DNA from: Chitiniphilus shinanonensis DSM 23277
Lineage (GTDB): Bacteria > Pseudomonadota > Gammaproteobacteria > Burkholderiales > Chitinibacteraceae
Length of the DNA stretch: 64,000 bases
Reading direction: 5' to 3'
Assembly (NCBI RefSeq): GCF_000374805.1
Contig: NZ_KB895335.1
Coordinates: forward strand, 244,046-308,045
Positions 37,565 to 49,004 of the stretch are shown here, in pieces. The notes under the pieces were generated by a model. The model made no database searches, was not told the origin of the DNA, and was given only the letters and a program-made list of their open reading frames with translations. A program made the translations under genes and the position numbers. Each line of letters begins with the position of its first letter. Within the stretch, counting starts at the first letter, position 1.

Positions 37565-37731
37565 CAAAACTTTCCGCAGTCTGACTGTTTTTCCGCACTC
37601 CAACCCTCGATGCTGGCGGCATGTATGTAAACATACCGCCCTGCCGGCATCCAGCTGCAAGCGCTGTCTTGCCGCAGGGTTCGGCGAGGACTATCTTGGC
37701 GGATAGACCTTTCAACCCCCGCCGACCTTCA

Positions 37732-39318
37732 ATGGATCAGTCCGCCCCTACCGTCGACGCCGTCGATGCGCTCAACGCCCAGGCGCGCGTGCTCTTCCAT
37801 TCGCGCAGCGAGGAGAGCCGCGTCATCGCCGAACTGGCATGCAGGCATTCGGTGGTGTTGTCTTACAACAACGGCTTCGTGCAGGGCCTGATCAACGTCG
37901 CCATGGCGATCACCCTGCAAGGCGGCTATCTGGAAGCCGTGGCGATGATGCGCCACAGCCTCTACCTGGCGGAAACCTACGGCCTGCGCATCCCGGTGGC
38001 CGAGTGCATCCAGGAAATCGCTCGCTCCTACTACACCCTGGCCGACTACGACCGCGCCTTGCAGTACTGGGCGCAATGCCTGGACGTATCGCGCGACCAC
38101 GCCGCACAGGAAAGCTACGTGCTGGCGCTGATCGGCATCGGCCAGATCTACTTCGCCCACCAGGATTTCGACACCGCGCTGCGCCACCACGAAAAGGCCC
38201 GCGACGCCCTGACGCCCGAAGTGCCCGAGCACCTGCACGCCATGGTGCCGATCAATATCGGCATGGACCTGCTGCAACTGCTGCGGCTGGACGAAGCACT
38301 GCACGAGCTGGAAATCGGCCTGAACCGCGCCCTGCACACCCGCAACCGCGAGTTCGAGGCCGACGCCCACCACGCCATCGGCCTGGTGCGACTGGCGCAG
38401 GGCCAGCCCGACCTGGCCGAACGCCATCTCTATATCGCCATCGACGTCTGCCAGCGCTTCGGCAAGCTGTGGGGCGAGGCCAACAGCCGCGTCGCGCTGG
38501 GCCGGGTGGAGCTGGCGCGCGGCCACCCGGTGGGCGCGATCCGCCATTTGCAGGAGGCGCGCGAACTGGCGTACCAGATCGGCGCGCAACACCTGATGCT
38601 GCAGGTGGAACTGCATTTCTCCACCGCGCAGGAAATGCTGGGCGAATACATGCTGGCGTTGCAGCACTTCAAGGTCTACCACGAGCGCCAGCTGGAAGTG
38701 ATGCGCCAGACCTCGCCCTACAAGATGCAGGCGATGGAAATGCGCCTGGAGATCGAAAAAGCGCGGCTGGAAAACGACGGCCTCAAGAAGCAGCACGCCA
38801 GCCAGCGGCGCGAACTGCGTCGGGCCGAGCGCATGGCCAGCCAGGACAGCCTGACCGGCGTGCTCAACCGGCGCGGCCTGGAACGCCTGGGCAGCACGGT
38901 GTTCGGCCGCTGCCGCGAAGAGGCCACGCCGCTGGCCGCCCTGGTGCTGGACATCGACCACTTCAAGCAGGTGAACGACGAATTCGGCCATCTGGTCGGC
39001 GACAAGGTCCTGCGCCAGGTGGCGGCGCTGCTCAAGTCCGGCTGCCGCCAGGACGACGTGGTCGGGCGCTTCGGCGGCGAGGAATTCCTGGTACTGCTGC
39101 CCGGCCGAACCGTGCGCGACGCCGCCGACGTCGCCGAGCGTCTGCGCAGGCTGGTGGCCGAATGGGATTGGCTGCACCTGGCCGACGACCTGGCGGTCAC
39201 CCTCAGCGTCGGCGTCGCCGAACGCCAGTACGAACTGACGCTGACCGAACTGATCGAGAGCGCCGACCAGCGGCTCTACGTCGCAAAAAGCGCCGGCCGC
39301 AACCGCATCGCCTGTTAG
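37732..39318 (+). CDS. TPR-repeat sensor fused to a GGDEF diguanylate cyclase (paralog 3 of 3).
   Basis: C-terminal RFGGEEF active site and DHFKQVNDEFGH. Start at 37732 inside ORF 37621..39318. Confidence 0.8.
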   Translation: MDQSAPTVDAVDALNAQARVLFHSRSEESRVIAELACRHSVVLSYNNGFVQGLINVAMAITLQGGYLEAVAMMRHSLYLAETYGLRIPVAECIQEIARSYYTLADYDRALQYWAQCLDVSRDHAAQESYVLALIGIGQIYFAHQDFDTALRHHEKARDALTPEVPEHLHAMVPINIGMDLLQLLRLDEALHELEIGLNRALHTRNREFEADAHHAIGLVRLAQGQPDLAERHLYIAIDVCQRFGKLWGEANSRVALGRVELARGHPVGAIRHLQEARELAYQIGAQHLMLQVELHFSTAQEMLGEYMLALQHFKVYHERQLEVMRQTSPYKMQAMEMRLEIEKARLENDGLKKQHASQRRELRRAERMASQDSLTGVLNRRGLERLGSTVFGRCREEATPLAALVLDIDHFKQVNDEFGHLVGDKVLRQVAALLKSGCRQDDVVGRFGGEEFLVLLPGRTVRDAADVAERLRRLVAEWDWLHLADDLAVTLSVGVAERQYELTLTELIESADQRLYVAKSAGRNRIAC

Positions 39319-39498
39319 CCAACCCCGGCCATCGGGGTCGTCGCGCGGCATTCGACGCCCGCGCAACCGCCACCCCGCGCCGGCGGATCAACGCGACCTG
39401 GCTCAAAACCCTAGCGAAAATGAGGCTTTAGCCTCGGGGTTTTCCGATAAAATCGCGTTTCCGCACTGCACGATTTTTACCGAGAGCCCGTCCACGAT

Positions 39499-42400
39499 AT
39501 GGCCGATTCGATCCCCCAAGCCCAAGAGCGCCTGCGCGAGATTCCCTACAACTACACCTCGTTCTCCGACCGTGAGATCGTGGTCCGGTTGCTCGGGTCC
39601 GAGGCCTGGCGCGTGCTCGACGAATTGCGCCAGGAACGCGTCACCGGCCGTTCCGCACGCATGCTGTTCGAGGTACTGGGCGACATCTGGGCGGTCAAGC
39701 GCAACCCGTACCTGCAGGACGACCTGCTGGACAACGCCAAGCGGCTCAAGCTGCTGGTCGAGGCGCTGCACCATCGCCTGGGCGAGATCGACAAGCGCCG
39801 CCAGGGCAACGAAAAGGTCGGCGTGCTGGTCAAGCGCGGCCGCGAGGCGGTGGACAGCTTCGAGCGCGAATTCCGCGATACCGCCGCGCTGCGCCGCAAG
39901 GTGATCAAGCGCATGGCGCCGCACACCCGGCGCGACAACATCTGCTTCGACGGGCTGGCGCGCGTCAGCCACGTCACCGACGCCACCGACTGGCGCGTGG
40001 AATACCCGTTCGTCGTGCTGTCGCCGGATACCGAAGCCGAGATGGCGCCGCTGGTGGCCGCCTGTATCGAACTGGGGCTGACAGTGATCCCACGCGGCGG
40101 CGGCACCGGCTACACCGGCGGCGCCGTGCCGCTGACGCCGATGTCGGCGGTGATCAACACCGAGAAGCTCGATCGCCACAATGGCGTCGAGTTCATGCAC
40201 ATCGCGGGGCGCGACGAGCAGGTCGCCACCATCCAGTGCGGCGCCGGCGTGGTCACCCGCCGCGTGATGGAAGCCGCCGAAAGCGCGGGCCTGGTATTCG
40301 CGGTCGACCCCACCTCAGCCGACGCCTCGTGCATCGGCGGCAACGTGGCGATGAACGCCGGCGGCAAGAAGGCCGTACTGTGGGGCACCGCGCTCGACAA
40401 CCTGGTCAGCTGGAAGATGGTCGACCCGGACGGCAACTGGAAATTCATCGAGCGGCTGGATCACAACCTGGGCAAGATCCACGACGCCGAACACGCCACC
40501 TTCCGCATCACCACCTACAAGCCCGACGGCAAGACCCGCCTGGGCGAGGAAACGCTGGTGGTGCCGGGCGCGCGCTTCCGCAAGGAAGGGCTGGGCAAGG
40601 ACGTCACCGACAAATTCCTGGCCGGCCTGCCCGGCGTGCAGAAGGAAGGCACCGATGGCCTGATCACCTCGGCCCGCTTCATCCTGCACCGCATGGCGGA
40701 ACATACCCGCACCGTCTGCCTGGAGTTCTTCGGCGAAGTCAGCCGCGCCGTGCCGTCGATCGTCGAAATCAAGGATTACCTCGACGCCCATCCCGCCGTG
40801 CAGCTCGCCGGCCTGGAGCACCTGGACTGGCGCTACGTGCGCGCGGTCGGCTACGCCACCAAGGCCAAATCCAAGGGCCGGCCCAAGATGGTGCTGATCG
40901 CCGACCTGGTGTCGGACGACGAAGCCGCCGTCGGCGAGGCCGCCAGCCAGGTGGTGCGGCTGGCCAACGCCCGCAGCGGCGAAGGCTTCATCGCCGTCTC
41001 GGCCGAGGCGCGCAAGAAATTCTGGCTGGACCGCGCCCGCACCGCGGCCATCGCCAAGCACACCAATGCCTTCAAGATCAACGAAGACGTGGTGATCCCG
41101 CTGCCGCGCCTGGGCGAATACTCGGACGAGATCGAGCGCATCAACATCGAATTGTCGATCGCCAACAAGATCGAACTGCTCGACCGCCTGGCCGACTTCT
41201 TCACCCACGGCCAGTTGCCGCTCGATCTGGCCGATTCGCCGATCAGCCGCGAAGCCCTGATCGGCGAGCGCCGCGAAGCCGCGCTGGCGCTGGTCTACAA
41301 CGTGCGCGACCGCTGGAGCTGGCTGCTGGAGAACCTGGACGGCGCCTTCGAGAGCTATACCGCGCAATACCCGGACGCCCCGCTGGAATCCACTGTCGGC
41401 ACCGAAAACATGCCGCAGAGCGTCTATCACGCGCTGCGCGACTTCATGCTGCGCGTGTCGTGGAAGCGCGAGGTCTACGCCCAGCTGGAGCCGCTGTTCG
41501 CCGACCGCAACAGCAAGCCGGTGCTGGACGCGATCCAGGCGCTGCACCAGAAGGTGCTCAAGGGCCGCACCTGGGTGGCGCTGCACATGCACGCAGGCGA
41601 CGGCAACGTCCACACCAACATCCCGGTGAACTCGGACGACTACGACATGCTGCAACGCGCCCACCACGCGGTGGCGCGCATCATGGCGGTGGCGCGCCGC
41701 CTGAACGGCGTGATCTCGGGCGAGCACGGCATCGGCATCACCAAGTACGAATTCCTCACCCGCGAGGAACTGGCGCCGTTCGAAGCCTACAAGCGCCAGG
41801 TCGATCCCGAGGGCCGCTTCAACAAGGGCAAGCTGTTGCCCGGCTCGGATCTCACCAACGCCTACACCCCGTCGTTCAGCCTGCTGGGCGCCGAATCGCT
41901 GATCCTCGAACAATCGGACATCGGCGCGATCTCGGATTCGATCAAGGATTGCCTGCGCTGCGGCAAGTGCAAGCCCGTGTGCACCACCCACGTACCGCGC
42001 GCCAACCTGCTGTACAGCCCGCGCAACAAGATCCTGGCCACCGGCCTGTTGACCGAAGCCTTCCTCTACGAGGAACAGACCCGGCGCGGCATCTCGTTCC
42101 GTCACTTCGAGGAACTGGCAGACGTGGCCGACCACTGCACGGTCTGCCACCGCTGCGTGAATCCCTGTCCGGTGAAGATCGATTTCGGCGACGTATCGGT
42201 GGCGATGCGCAACTTCCTGCGCAAGGAAGGCAAGAAGCCGTTCAACCCCGGCACCGCCCTGGGCATGGCATTCCTGACGATCAAGGACCCGGCCACCATC
42301 AAGCTGCTGCGCGCAGGCATGATCCAGGTAGGCTACAAGGCCCAGCGCCTGGGCCATACCCTGGCCAAGCGCTTCGGCCTGATCCGCGGCATCACCAAAC

Positions 42401-43359
42401 AACCGCCGGCCACGCTGGGCAAGGCGCCGATCAAGGCCCAGGTGATCCACTTCATCAACAAGCCGCTGCCCGCCAAGGTGCCGGCCAAGACCGCGCGCGG
42501 CCTGCTCGATATCGAGGACAGCGCCATCGTGCCGGTGATCCGCGATCCGGAGCGCCTGCAGGAGGAATCGGAAGCCGTGTTCTACTTCCCGGGCTGCGGC
42601 TCGGAGCGGCTGTTCTCGCAGGTGGGACTGGCCACCCAGGCCATGCTGTGGCACGTCGGCGCCACCACGGTGCTGCCGCCGGGCTACCTGTGCTGCGGCT
42701 ACCCGCAGACTTCCAGCGGCTTCGCCGACAAGGGCGAGAAGATCACCACCGAGAACCGGGTGCTGTTTCACCGGGTGGCCAACACGCTCAACTACCTGGA
42801 CATCAAGACCGTGGTGGTATCGTGCGGCACCTGCATGGATCAGCTGATGAAGTACCAGTTCGAGCAGATCTTCCCCGGCTGCCGCCTGATCGACATCCAC
42901 GAGTACCTGATGGAGAAGGGCGTGAAGCTGGAGGGCGTGGACGGCGTGCGCTACATGTACCACGAGCCGTGCCACACCCCGATGAAGCAGTACAAGGGCA
43001 TCGATGTCGCCAACACGCTGATGGGCAGCAAGGTCGATCTGAACGACCGCTGCTGCGGCGAATCGGGCACCTTCGCCGTGGCCCGTCCGGACATCTCGAC
43101 CCAGGTGCGCTTCCGCAAGCAGGAAGAGATGCAGCAGGGTGCGGACAAGCTGCGCGCCGAATCGGGCGAGCAGACCCAGGTGAAGATCCTGACCTCGTGC
43201 CCGTCGTGCCTGCAGGGCCTGTCGCGCTACAACGACGACTCGCACACCGAGGCCGACTACATCGTGATCGAGATCGCCAAGCACGTGCTCGGCGAGGACT
43301 GGCAACAACGCTACGTGGAACAGGCACGCGACGGTGGCATCGAGCGCGTTTTGCTGTAG
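39499..43359 (+). CDS. DUF3683 / FAD-binding (GlcD-like) / 4Fe-4S (GlcF-like) large oxidoreductase, 1286 aa.
   Basis: FAD-binding PCMH domain (GGGTGYTGG), CxxCxxC...CP Fe-S motifs ([23 protein letters not shown]) and CCG domains. Confidence 0.85.
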   Translation: MADSIPQAQERLREIPYNYTSFSDREIVVRLLGSEAWRVLDELRQERVTGRSARMLFEVLGDIWAVKRNPYLQDDLLDNAKRLKLLVEALHHRLGEIDKRRQGNEKVGVLVKRGREAVDSFEREFRDTAALRRKVIKRMAPHTRRDNICFDGLARVSHVTDATDWRVEYPFVVLSPDTEAEMAPLVAACIELGLTVIPRGGGTGYTGGAVPLTPMSAVINTEKLDRHNGVEFMHIAGRDEQVATIQCGAGVVTRRVMEAAESAGLVFAVDPTSADASCIGGNVAMNAGGKKAVLWGTALDNLVSWKMVDPDGNWKFIERLDHNLGKIHDAEHATFRITTYKPDGKTRLGEETLVVPGARFRKEGLGKDVTDKFLAGLPGVQKEGTDGLITSARFILHRMAEHTRTVCLEFFGEVSRAVPSIVEIKDYLDAHPAVQLAGLEHLDWRYVRAVGYATKAKSKGRPKMVLIADLVSDDEAAVGEAASQVVRLANARSGEGFIAVSAEARKKFWLDRARTAAIAKHTNAFKINEDVVIPLPRLGEYSDEIERINIELSIANKIELLDRLADFFTHGQLPLDLADSPISREALIGERREAALALVYNVRDRWSWLLENLDGAFESYTAQYPDAPLESTVGTENMPQSVYHALRDFMLRVSWKREVYAQLEPLFADRNSKPVLDAIQALHQKVLKGRTWVALHMHAGDGNVHTNIPVNSDDYDMLQRAHHAVARIMAVARRLNGVISGEHGIGITKYEFLTREELAPFEAYKRQVDPEGRFNKGKLLPGSDLTNAYTPSFSLLGAESLILEQSDIGAISDSIKDCLRCGKCKPVCTTHVPRANLLYSPRNKILATGLLTEAFLYEEQTRRGISFRHFEELADVADHCTVCHRCVNPCPVKIDFGDVSVAMRNFLRKEGKKPFNPGTALGMAFLTIKDPATIKLLRAGMIQVGYKAQRLGHTLAKRFGLIRGITKQPPATLGKAPIKAQVIHFINKPLPAKVPAKTARGLLDIEDSAIVPVIRDPERLQEESEAVFYFPGCGSERLFSQVGLATQAMLWHVGATTVLPPGYLCCGYPQTSSGFADKGEKITTENRVLFHRVANTLNYLDIKTVVVSCGTCMDQLMKYQFEQIFPGCRLIDIHEYLMEKGVKLEGVDGVRYMYHEPCHTPMKQYKGIDVANTLMGSKVDLNDRCCGESGTFAVARPDISTQVRFRKQEEMQQGADKLRAESGEQTQVKILTSCPSCLQGLSRYNDDSHTEADYIVIEIAKHVLGEDWQQRYVEQARDGGIERVLL

Positions 43360-43446
43360 TTGCGAGGCTTTGCGGGCGGCCCGCCAATAAGCGGGCTGCT
43401 TACGTCCGTCGTAGACGGTCGGGCCCCGTCACCGGGGTTCCCCTGA

Positions 43447-43474
43447 TTGTTTCTGGTTCGCGCTTGTTTATAAT
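43447..43474 (+). promoter_or_regulatory. Candidate sigma70 promoter for the HIT gene.
   Basis: TTGTTT (-35), 16-nt spacer, TATAAT (-10) at 43469..43474. AAAGGG RBS before the ATG at 43498. Confidence 0.4.
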
Positions 43475-43497
43475 CCCTGAAAAATCAGGAAAGGGTA

Positions 43498-43914
43498 ATG
43501 CAAAGCGTTTGCGAGCTATGTACCTCAATGGGCGGGGAACGCGTGTGGCAGGATGACTTCTGCCGCGTGGTACTCGTAGACGATCCAGCATATCCCGGTT
43601 TTACTCGCGTCATTCTGAACCGCCACGTCGCCGAACTCAGCGACCTGGACAGTGCGGAGCGTCAGCGGCTGATGAATGTAGTGACTGCCGTCGAGCGTGT
43701 GGTGCGGGATGTCTTGCACCCTGACAAAATCAATCTTGCCAGTCTGGGAAACATGGTGCCGCATCTGCATTGGCACGTGATCCCGCGATGGCAAGGCGAT
43801 CGGCATTTCCCCAGCCCGGTCTGGGCCGAACCCCGCCGTCCGAGCGCCGTGCCACCCGTCTCCGAAGAGATGCTCGGCATGCTGCGCCAGCGGCTTAGCC
43901 TGCTCGAGCCATAA
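43498..43914 (+). CDS. HIT-family (histidine triad) nucleotide hydrolase.
   Basis: HLHWHVIPR histidine triad. Confidence 0.8.
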   Translation: MQSVCELCTSMGGERVWQDDFCRVVLVDDPAYPGFTRVILNRHVAELSDLDSAERQRLMNVVTAVERVVRDVLHPDKINLASLGNMVPHLHWHVIPRWQGDRHFPSPVWAEPRRPSAVPPVSEEMLGMLRQRLSLLEP

Positions 43915-45533
43915 TGGATTCGGAAAACCTGCCCTCCTATCGCGGCGCCGCGTCGCCGCCGTTCACCGATGCCCGGTCGGCCAAAAGCTGGATGCAGCTG
44001 CTGCCGCTGATCAATGCCCCGGTTGCCCATAACGAACTCACCGAAGCGCTGACGCTGTTGAACAACAGCGGCATCACGCCCTACGAATCGCTCAAGATCC
44101 TGGAACTGTTCCGCGAAGGGATCCACATGGTCCAGACCGCGCTCACCGAGCGCTTCCTGGGCCGCGCCGTGCCCTTCGGCCAGGATGAACAGAACGCCTG
44201 GCAGCAGGTGGTCGGCATGTGGGCGCTGCTGCGCGACGCCTATGCCCGTTGCTGGCACGCCGCGCTGGACGGTCAGGCCGATGCCGTCGACCACCACGCG
44301 CTCGCCGCCGAGCGCACCCTGCGCTACCAGTGCCTGGTGATGCGCGAGCACCTGCTGGCCTACAAGCCGGTTCCGCCCGAGCAGTGGCAGGCGCTGTACG
44401 GCTACTACACGCTGGCCGACAAGGCCGGCGTGGCCGAAAAGCCCGCCAAGGACAGCATGCTCAAGGTGGCCGGCGTGGCCGCACCCGAGAACGTGTTCGT
44501 CCATACGCTGCTGCTGGCCGGCGCCAGCCCCTACCACTTCACCGCGCGGCAGATCCTGTGGCTGGACGAGCGCCTGCCGGCATTCGCCCAGCGCGCACCG
44601 CTGGAGCGCGAAGCACGCGCCCTGCCGGGGCGCGGCAGCCTGCAGATCGACTTCGCCTCGCCGTCGGCGCCCCGCCGCATCGAGCCGCGCCTCTCCGGCG
44701 ATACGGTGCGCGAGATCGATACCTACCAGCTGGCGCAGGCGCTGTCGCGCCGCATCAAGTTGCTGCGCAACGGCGAGAACCCGGAAAAACTCGGCCTGGG
44801 CGAGCAGTTCCCGTCCAGCGCGGTGGAATCGCTGCTGACCGATCTCTACCGCACCTGGTGCGAACAGCCGACCGAGCGCATCCACCCGCGCGCCGACGGC
44901 AACCGCACCATCGATGTGATCTTCGGCCTGTCACGCCAGCACCTGGCGGTCGGCAAGGGCAGCTTCGCGCTGCCCACCGACGGTCCGCAGGAACTGGCCG
45001 GCGACGATCTGGTGCGGATGCAGTTGTTCGGCCGCACCCAGACGCTCCAGACCGCCACCGCCTCGGCCGAACTGGCGCCGCACGAAACCTGGTGGCTGCG
45101 CAACGAAAGTCCGCAGGGCATGCAGTTGTCGCGCAAGGCCACGCCGGGCCATCGCGTCGCGTTGCAGCAGCTGCTGGCGGTGTCCATCGCCAACCGCTAC
45201 TACGTCGGCACCGTGCGCTGGCTGCAACAGGAAGGCGACCAGATCGTGATCGGTGTGCGCCTGCTGCCGGGGCAGCCGCATTCGGCGGCGGTGCGCCCGG
45301 TGGACCTGGTCCACGCCGGCCGCCGCGGCTGGACCGAGGGCCTGGCGCTGCCCGCCACGCCGACGCTGCGTTCGCCCGCGTCGCTGATCCTGCCGGTGGG
45401 CTGGTTCCGACCCGGCCGGCTGGTCGAGTGGTGGGATGGCGAAAGCACCCGCAAGCTGCGCCTGGAATCGGCGCTGGAACGCGGTGTCGATTACGAGCGC
45501 GTGCACTACGTGCTGGCGGGCCAGACCCGCTGA
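43914..45533 (+). CDS. Conserved hypothetical protein (539 aa) with a possible degenerate PilZ-like C-terminal motif.
   Basis: ATG overlaps the HIT stop (TAATG). NESPQG (D/NxSxxG-like) preceded by R-rich segments. No confident domain assignment. Confidence 0.55.
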   Translation: MDSENLPSYRGAASPPFTDARSAKSWMQLLPLINAPVAHNELTEALTLLNNSGITPYESLKILELFREGIHMVQTALTERFLGRAVPFGQDEQNAWQQVVGMWALLRDAYARCWHAALDGQADAVDHHALAAERTLRYQCLVMREHLLAYKPVPPEQWQALYGYYTLADKAGVAEKPAKDSMLKVAGVAAPENVFVHTLLLAGASPYHFTARQILWLDERLPAFAQRAPLEREARALPGRGSLQIDFASPSAPRRIEPRLSGDTVREIDTYQLAQALSRRIKLLRNGENPEKLGLGEQFPSSAVESLLTDLYRTWCEQPTERIHPRADGNRTIDVIFGLSRQHLAVGKGSFALPTDGPQELAGDDLVRMQLFGRTQTLQTATASAELAPHETWWLRNESPQGMQLSRKATPGHRVALQQLLAVSIANRYYVGTVRWLQQEGDQIVIGVRLLPGQPHSAAVRPVDLVHAGRRGWTEGLALPATPTLRSPASLILPVGWFRPGRLVEWWDGESTRKLRLESALERGVDYERVHYVLAGQTR

Positions 45534-45544
45534 GGTATCGTCCC

Positions 45545-45576
45545 CGCAAAAAAGCCCCGCACAAGCGGGGCTTTTT
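45545..45576. terminator. Bidirectional rho-independent terminator between convergent genes.
   Basis: AAAAAA-GCCCCGC-ACAA-GCGGGGC-TTTTT. Confidence 0.6.
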
Positions 45577-45597
45577 GTTGCCGTCGCAAAACGACGT

Positions 45598-47223
45598 TCA
45601 AGCCGTTTGCTTCGCGCCATCGCAGCCGGCCAACGCCAGCAGCGCCGCTTCGTCCACCTCGTCGATCTGCTCCGGCGGCAGGAACTCGCGCGCGTAGTCC
45701 AGCCATACCCGCTCGCGGACGAACACTTCGAACAGATCGATATCCACGTGCTGCTCGCGCGCCATCCGCGCCAGGATGGTCAGTGCCTGCGACAGCTGCA
45801 TGCCCGGCTTGTATGGCCGGTCGCGCGCGGTCAGCGCCTCGAACACGTCGGCGATGCCCATCACCCGCGCCGGCACGCTCATCTGGTCGCGGGTCAGGCC
45901 GCGCGGGTAGCCGCGCCCGTCCATGCGCTCGTGGTGGCCGCCGGCGTATTCCGGCACCACCGCCAGCCGGCGCGGCCACGGCAGCGATTCCAGCATGCGA
46001 ATGGTGACGTCGATGTGGTGGTTGATGACCTGTCGCTCGGCGGCGGTCAGCGTGCCGCGTCGGATCGACAGGTTCTCCTGCTCGTCGTCGTCGAGGAACG
46101 GCACCTCGCCCTGCGGGCCGTGCCAGGTCCAGCGGGCGATCTCGGCCACCCGCGCCACATCGGCGTCGGACATCGCCTCGCCGCCGACATTGCAGCGGTG
46201 CAGGAACGCCTGCGCATCGTCCAGCCCGGCCAGCCGCGCGCGGTAGGCCGCCTCGTCCAGATGGCCTTCCAGCTGCGCGATGCGCGCGTCGCGGCGCAAC
46301 ACCTCGAAGCGGGTGTCGATCAGCGCGATGCGGTCGAACAGCGTGTGCAGCTTGGTCGCCTTGTCGATCACGTGCACCGGGGTGGTGATCTTGCCGCAGT
46401 CGTGCAGCAGGCCGGCGATCTTCAGCGCATAGCGGTCGGTGTCGTCCATGTCGAACGCGGCCAATGGCCCTTGCCGGGTACGCACGGCGGCCTCGGCCAG
46501 CATCATGGTCAGCACCGGCACCCGCTGGCAGTGGCGGCTGGTGTAGGGCGATTTGTCGTCGATGGCCAGGTTGATCAGGCCGATGAACGATTCGAACAAC
46601 GCCTTCAGCGACTGGATCAACTGCTGGTTGGTCAGCGCCACCGCCGCCTGCGACGCCAGCGATTCCACCAGGTGGGTGTCGTCGGCATCGAACGCGCGGA
46701 TCCGCCCCGCGTCGTCGAGGGCGTTGATCAGTTGCAGCACGCCGAGCAGCTCGCCCTGGCGGTTCTTCATCGGCACGCTGAGGAACGACTGCGAGCGGTA
46801 GCCCAGGTCGGCGTCGAAGGCGCGGGTGCCGGAGAAGTCGTAGCCTTCGGCGATGTAGGCATCGTCGATGACGATGGTGCGGTCCTGGTTGGCCGCGCAG
46901 GCCACCACGTTGTTCAGGTTGGGCGTGCCGTCGGGATGCGCCAGCGGCACCGGCGGCAATCCCACCGGCACCCCGCTGGTGCCGCCCACCTTGCGGCCGA
47001 GTCGGTCGGTGATGGCGATCTCGAAGTGCAGCGCGCCATCCCGCACGATGTAGAGCGTGCCGGCGTCGGCATTGGCCAGCTCCTTGGCGGCCATCAGGAT
47101 GGCTTCGGTCAGCCGCGCGATGTCCGATTCGCCCGATAGTGCGATCCCCACCGCGTTCAGCTTCTCCAGCCGCTCGCGCAGGGCATCCCGATCGAGCTGC
47201 GGGCGATGGGGCGGAACAGCCAT
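45598..47223 (-). CDS. GAF-domain HD-GYP c-di-GMP phosphodiesterase.
   Basis: HD...HHERMDGRGYP motif. N-terminal GAF. Confidence 0.85.
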   Translation of the reverse strand: MAVPPHRPQLDRDALRERLEKLNAVGIALSGESDIARLTEAILMAAKELANADAGTLYIVRDGALHFEIAITDRLGRKVGGTSGVPVGLPPVPLAHPDGTPNLNNVVACAANQDRTIVIDDAYIAEGYDFSGTRAFDADLGYRSQSFLSVPMKNRQGELLGVLQLINALDDAGRIRAFDADDTHLVESLASQAAVALTNQQLIQSLKALFESFIGLINLAIDDKSPYTSRHCQRVPVLTMMLAEAAVRTRQGPLAAFDMDDTDRYALKIAGLLHDCGKITTPVHVIDKATKLHTLFDRIALIDTRFEVLRRDARIAQLEGHLDEAAYRARLAGLDDAQAFLHRCNVGGEAMSDADVARVAEIARWTWHGPQGEVPFLDDDEQENLSIRRGTLTAAERQVINHHIDVTIRMLESLPWPRRLAVVPEYAGGHHERMDGRGYPRGLTRDQMSVPARVMGIADVFEALTARDRPYKPGMQLSQALTILARMAREQHVDIDLFEVFVRERVWLDYAREFLPPEQIDEVDEAALLALAGCDGAKQTA

Positions 47224-47333
47224 GACGTCTCCTTGGGTGGCCCGGCGATGCCGGGCGCTGGCGAGTGGCTAACCAGCGTAGCGGCTCCGGCCGGAAGCGC
47301 GAAGCGCGGCCGGAGGGGCGTTGCCGGCTGCGC

Positions 47334-48104
47334 TCAAAACTGGATGACCTGCCCCTGCTCCAGCCGGGCAATGCGATAGCCCGCGCCCTGCTCCAGCACT
47401 TCGCGCATGGTCAGCGCATGGTCGGCCGGCTTCAAGTGGGTGATCAGGACTTCGACCGCCTCGGGACGCGCCAGCTGCGCCAGCGCGCCGACCAGCAGGC
47501 GCGGCGAAAAATGCTTGGACAGGCGGGCCAGCCCTTCCTCGCGGTCGGCGAACGCGGTTTCCACGATCAGGGTGCGCAGGTTGTCGATGGCGTTCAAGGC
47601 ACGCCAGAACTCGGGGCTGTCGGTGGTGTCGCCGGAGAACACCAGCGTGGCGGCGCCGGAATCGAAGGCGTAGGCGACGGCGGGCACGGTATGCAACACC
47701 GGCAGGGCGGTGATGCGGCAGCCGTCCACTTCGCGCGTTTCGCCGATCTCCATCGCCGCGAAACGCAGCATGGCGGCCTCGGGGCTGGGAATGGCGCTGA
47801 AATCGGGCCAGATGGCCCAGTTGAACACGTGGTCGCGCAGTACCTGCAAGGTGGCGCGGTTGGCGTGCACCGTCACCGGCCGGTCGCGCAGGCCGAGCAC
47901 GTTGTCGAGCATCATCGGCAGGCAGGCGATGTGGTCGAGATGCGCGTGGGTAAGGAAGACCTGGTCGATCCGCGCCATCTCGTCGACGGTCAGGTCGCCG
48001 ACGCCGGTGCCGGCGTCGATCAGGGTCCGCTCGCCCAGCAGCATCGAGGTGGTGCGGTTCGTGCCGCCGATGCCGCCGCTGCAGCCGAGAATACGAAGTT
48101 GCAT
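47334..48104 (-). CDS. Class-II 3',5'-cyclic-nucleotide phosphodiesterase (metallo-beta-lactamase fold).
   Basis: LTHAHLDHIACLP (HxHxDH) motif. Start MQLRILGCSGG at 48104 inside ORF 47334..48194. Confidence 0.7.
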   Translation of the reverse strand: MQLRILGCSGGIGGTNRTTSMLLGERTLIDAGTGVGDLTVDEMARIDQVFLTHAHLDHIACLPMMLDNVLGLRDRPVTVHANRATLQVLRDHVFNWAIWPDFSAIPSPEAAMLRFAAMEIGETREVDGCRITALPVLHTVPAVAYAFDSGAATLVFSGDTTDSPEFWRALNAIDNLRTLIVETAFADREEGLARLSKHFSPRLLVGALAQLARPEAVEVLITHLKPADHALTMREVLEQGAGYRIARLEQGQVIQF

Positions 48105-48221
48105 GGTGTTCCGATGAAGATGAAGAATCGGGCGCGATCCGCGCCCGATTCCATTGTGGCCGAGCAACGCCCGGCCGGCGTCGAGCCGCATCACACGCCG
48201 CCAGACGGCGTGCGATGACGC

Positions 48222-48977
48222 TCAATCGCGGATGAAGAACGCCATTTTCACGCCCATCAGCTCGATCAGGTCCTCGTCGCGCAGCGGCTGCGCCGTGGTG
48301 CCGATGTCGCGGCCGTTGACCAGCGGAGTGCGCTCGCCCTCGACGTGGACCAGCACGTAGCCCTGCTGGCGCTTGCTGATCACCGCCACCTGCGCGCCGG
48401 CGCGGCCCAGGGTGGTGGCCGGCTTGTTGAGCAGCACCTCGCGGCCGATGTTGGGCCCGGTCAGGACCTTGACCACGCCCATCGGGCCGCCTACCTGGGC
48501 AGCGGCCGGCACCGAGACGCTGGGCGCGGCCGGGCGCGGGGCCGGTTGCGCCGCCGCCGGGCGCGTGGCCACCGGCGCGGTGGACGGCCGGGTGGTGACC
48601 ACCGCTGCGGCGCGCGGCGCGGGCGGCGGTATCGGCCGGGTCGGCGCCTGCAACATCATGGTCTTCTCGAAGTCCTCGCCGCCGTCGGCGTCCTGCCAGA
48701 ACTTGAGCTGGTACTTGCCGACGACGATCTCGTCACCGTCGTTGAGCAACTGGCGCTGCACCGGCTTGCCGTTGACCAGCGTGCCGTTGGTGCTGCCCAG
48801 GTCCTCGATGAACACGTCGCGGCCGACGCGGTTGAACATGGCGTGTTCGCCCGACACCGCCAGGTTCTCGATCTGGATATCGTTGCTGGGACGGCGCCCG
48901 ACCGTGGTCCGGTCGCGCACCAGCCGCACTTCCTTGATTACATTGCCATCCAGGCAAAGCAGGACTCTCGCCATCAT
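48222..48977 (-). CDS. FHA-domain protein (two FHA-like modules separated by a Pro/Ala-rich linker).
   Basis: TVGRRPSNDIQI...STNGTLVNG, with a second GREVLLNKPATTLGR module. Confidence 0.8.
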   Translation of the reverse strand: MMARVLLCLDGNVIKEVRLVRDRTTVGRRPSNDIQIENLAVSGEHAMFNRVGRDVFIEDLGSTNGTLVNGKPVQRQLLNDGDEIVVGKYQLKFWQDADGGEDFEKTMMLQAPTRPIPPPAPRAAAVVTTRPSTAPVATRPAAAQPAPRPAAPSVSVPAAAQVGGPMGVVKVLTGPNIGREVLLNKPATTLGRAGAQVAVISKRQQGYVLVHVEGERTPLVNGRDIGTTAQPLRDEDLIELMGVKMAFFIRD

Positions 48978-49004
48978 CTTCTCCGGCCTTGGCGGCCTTG
49001 TTTC

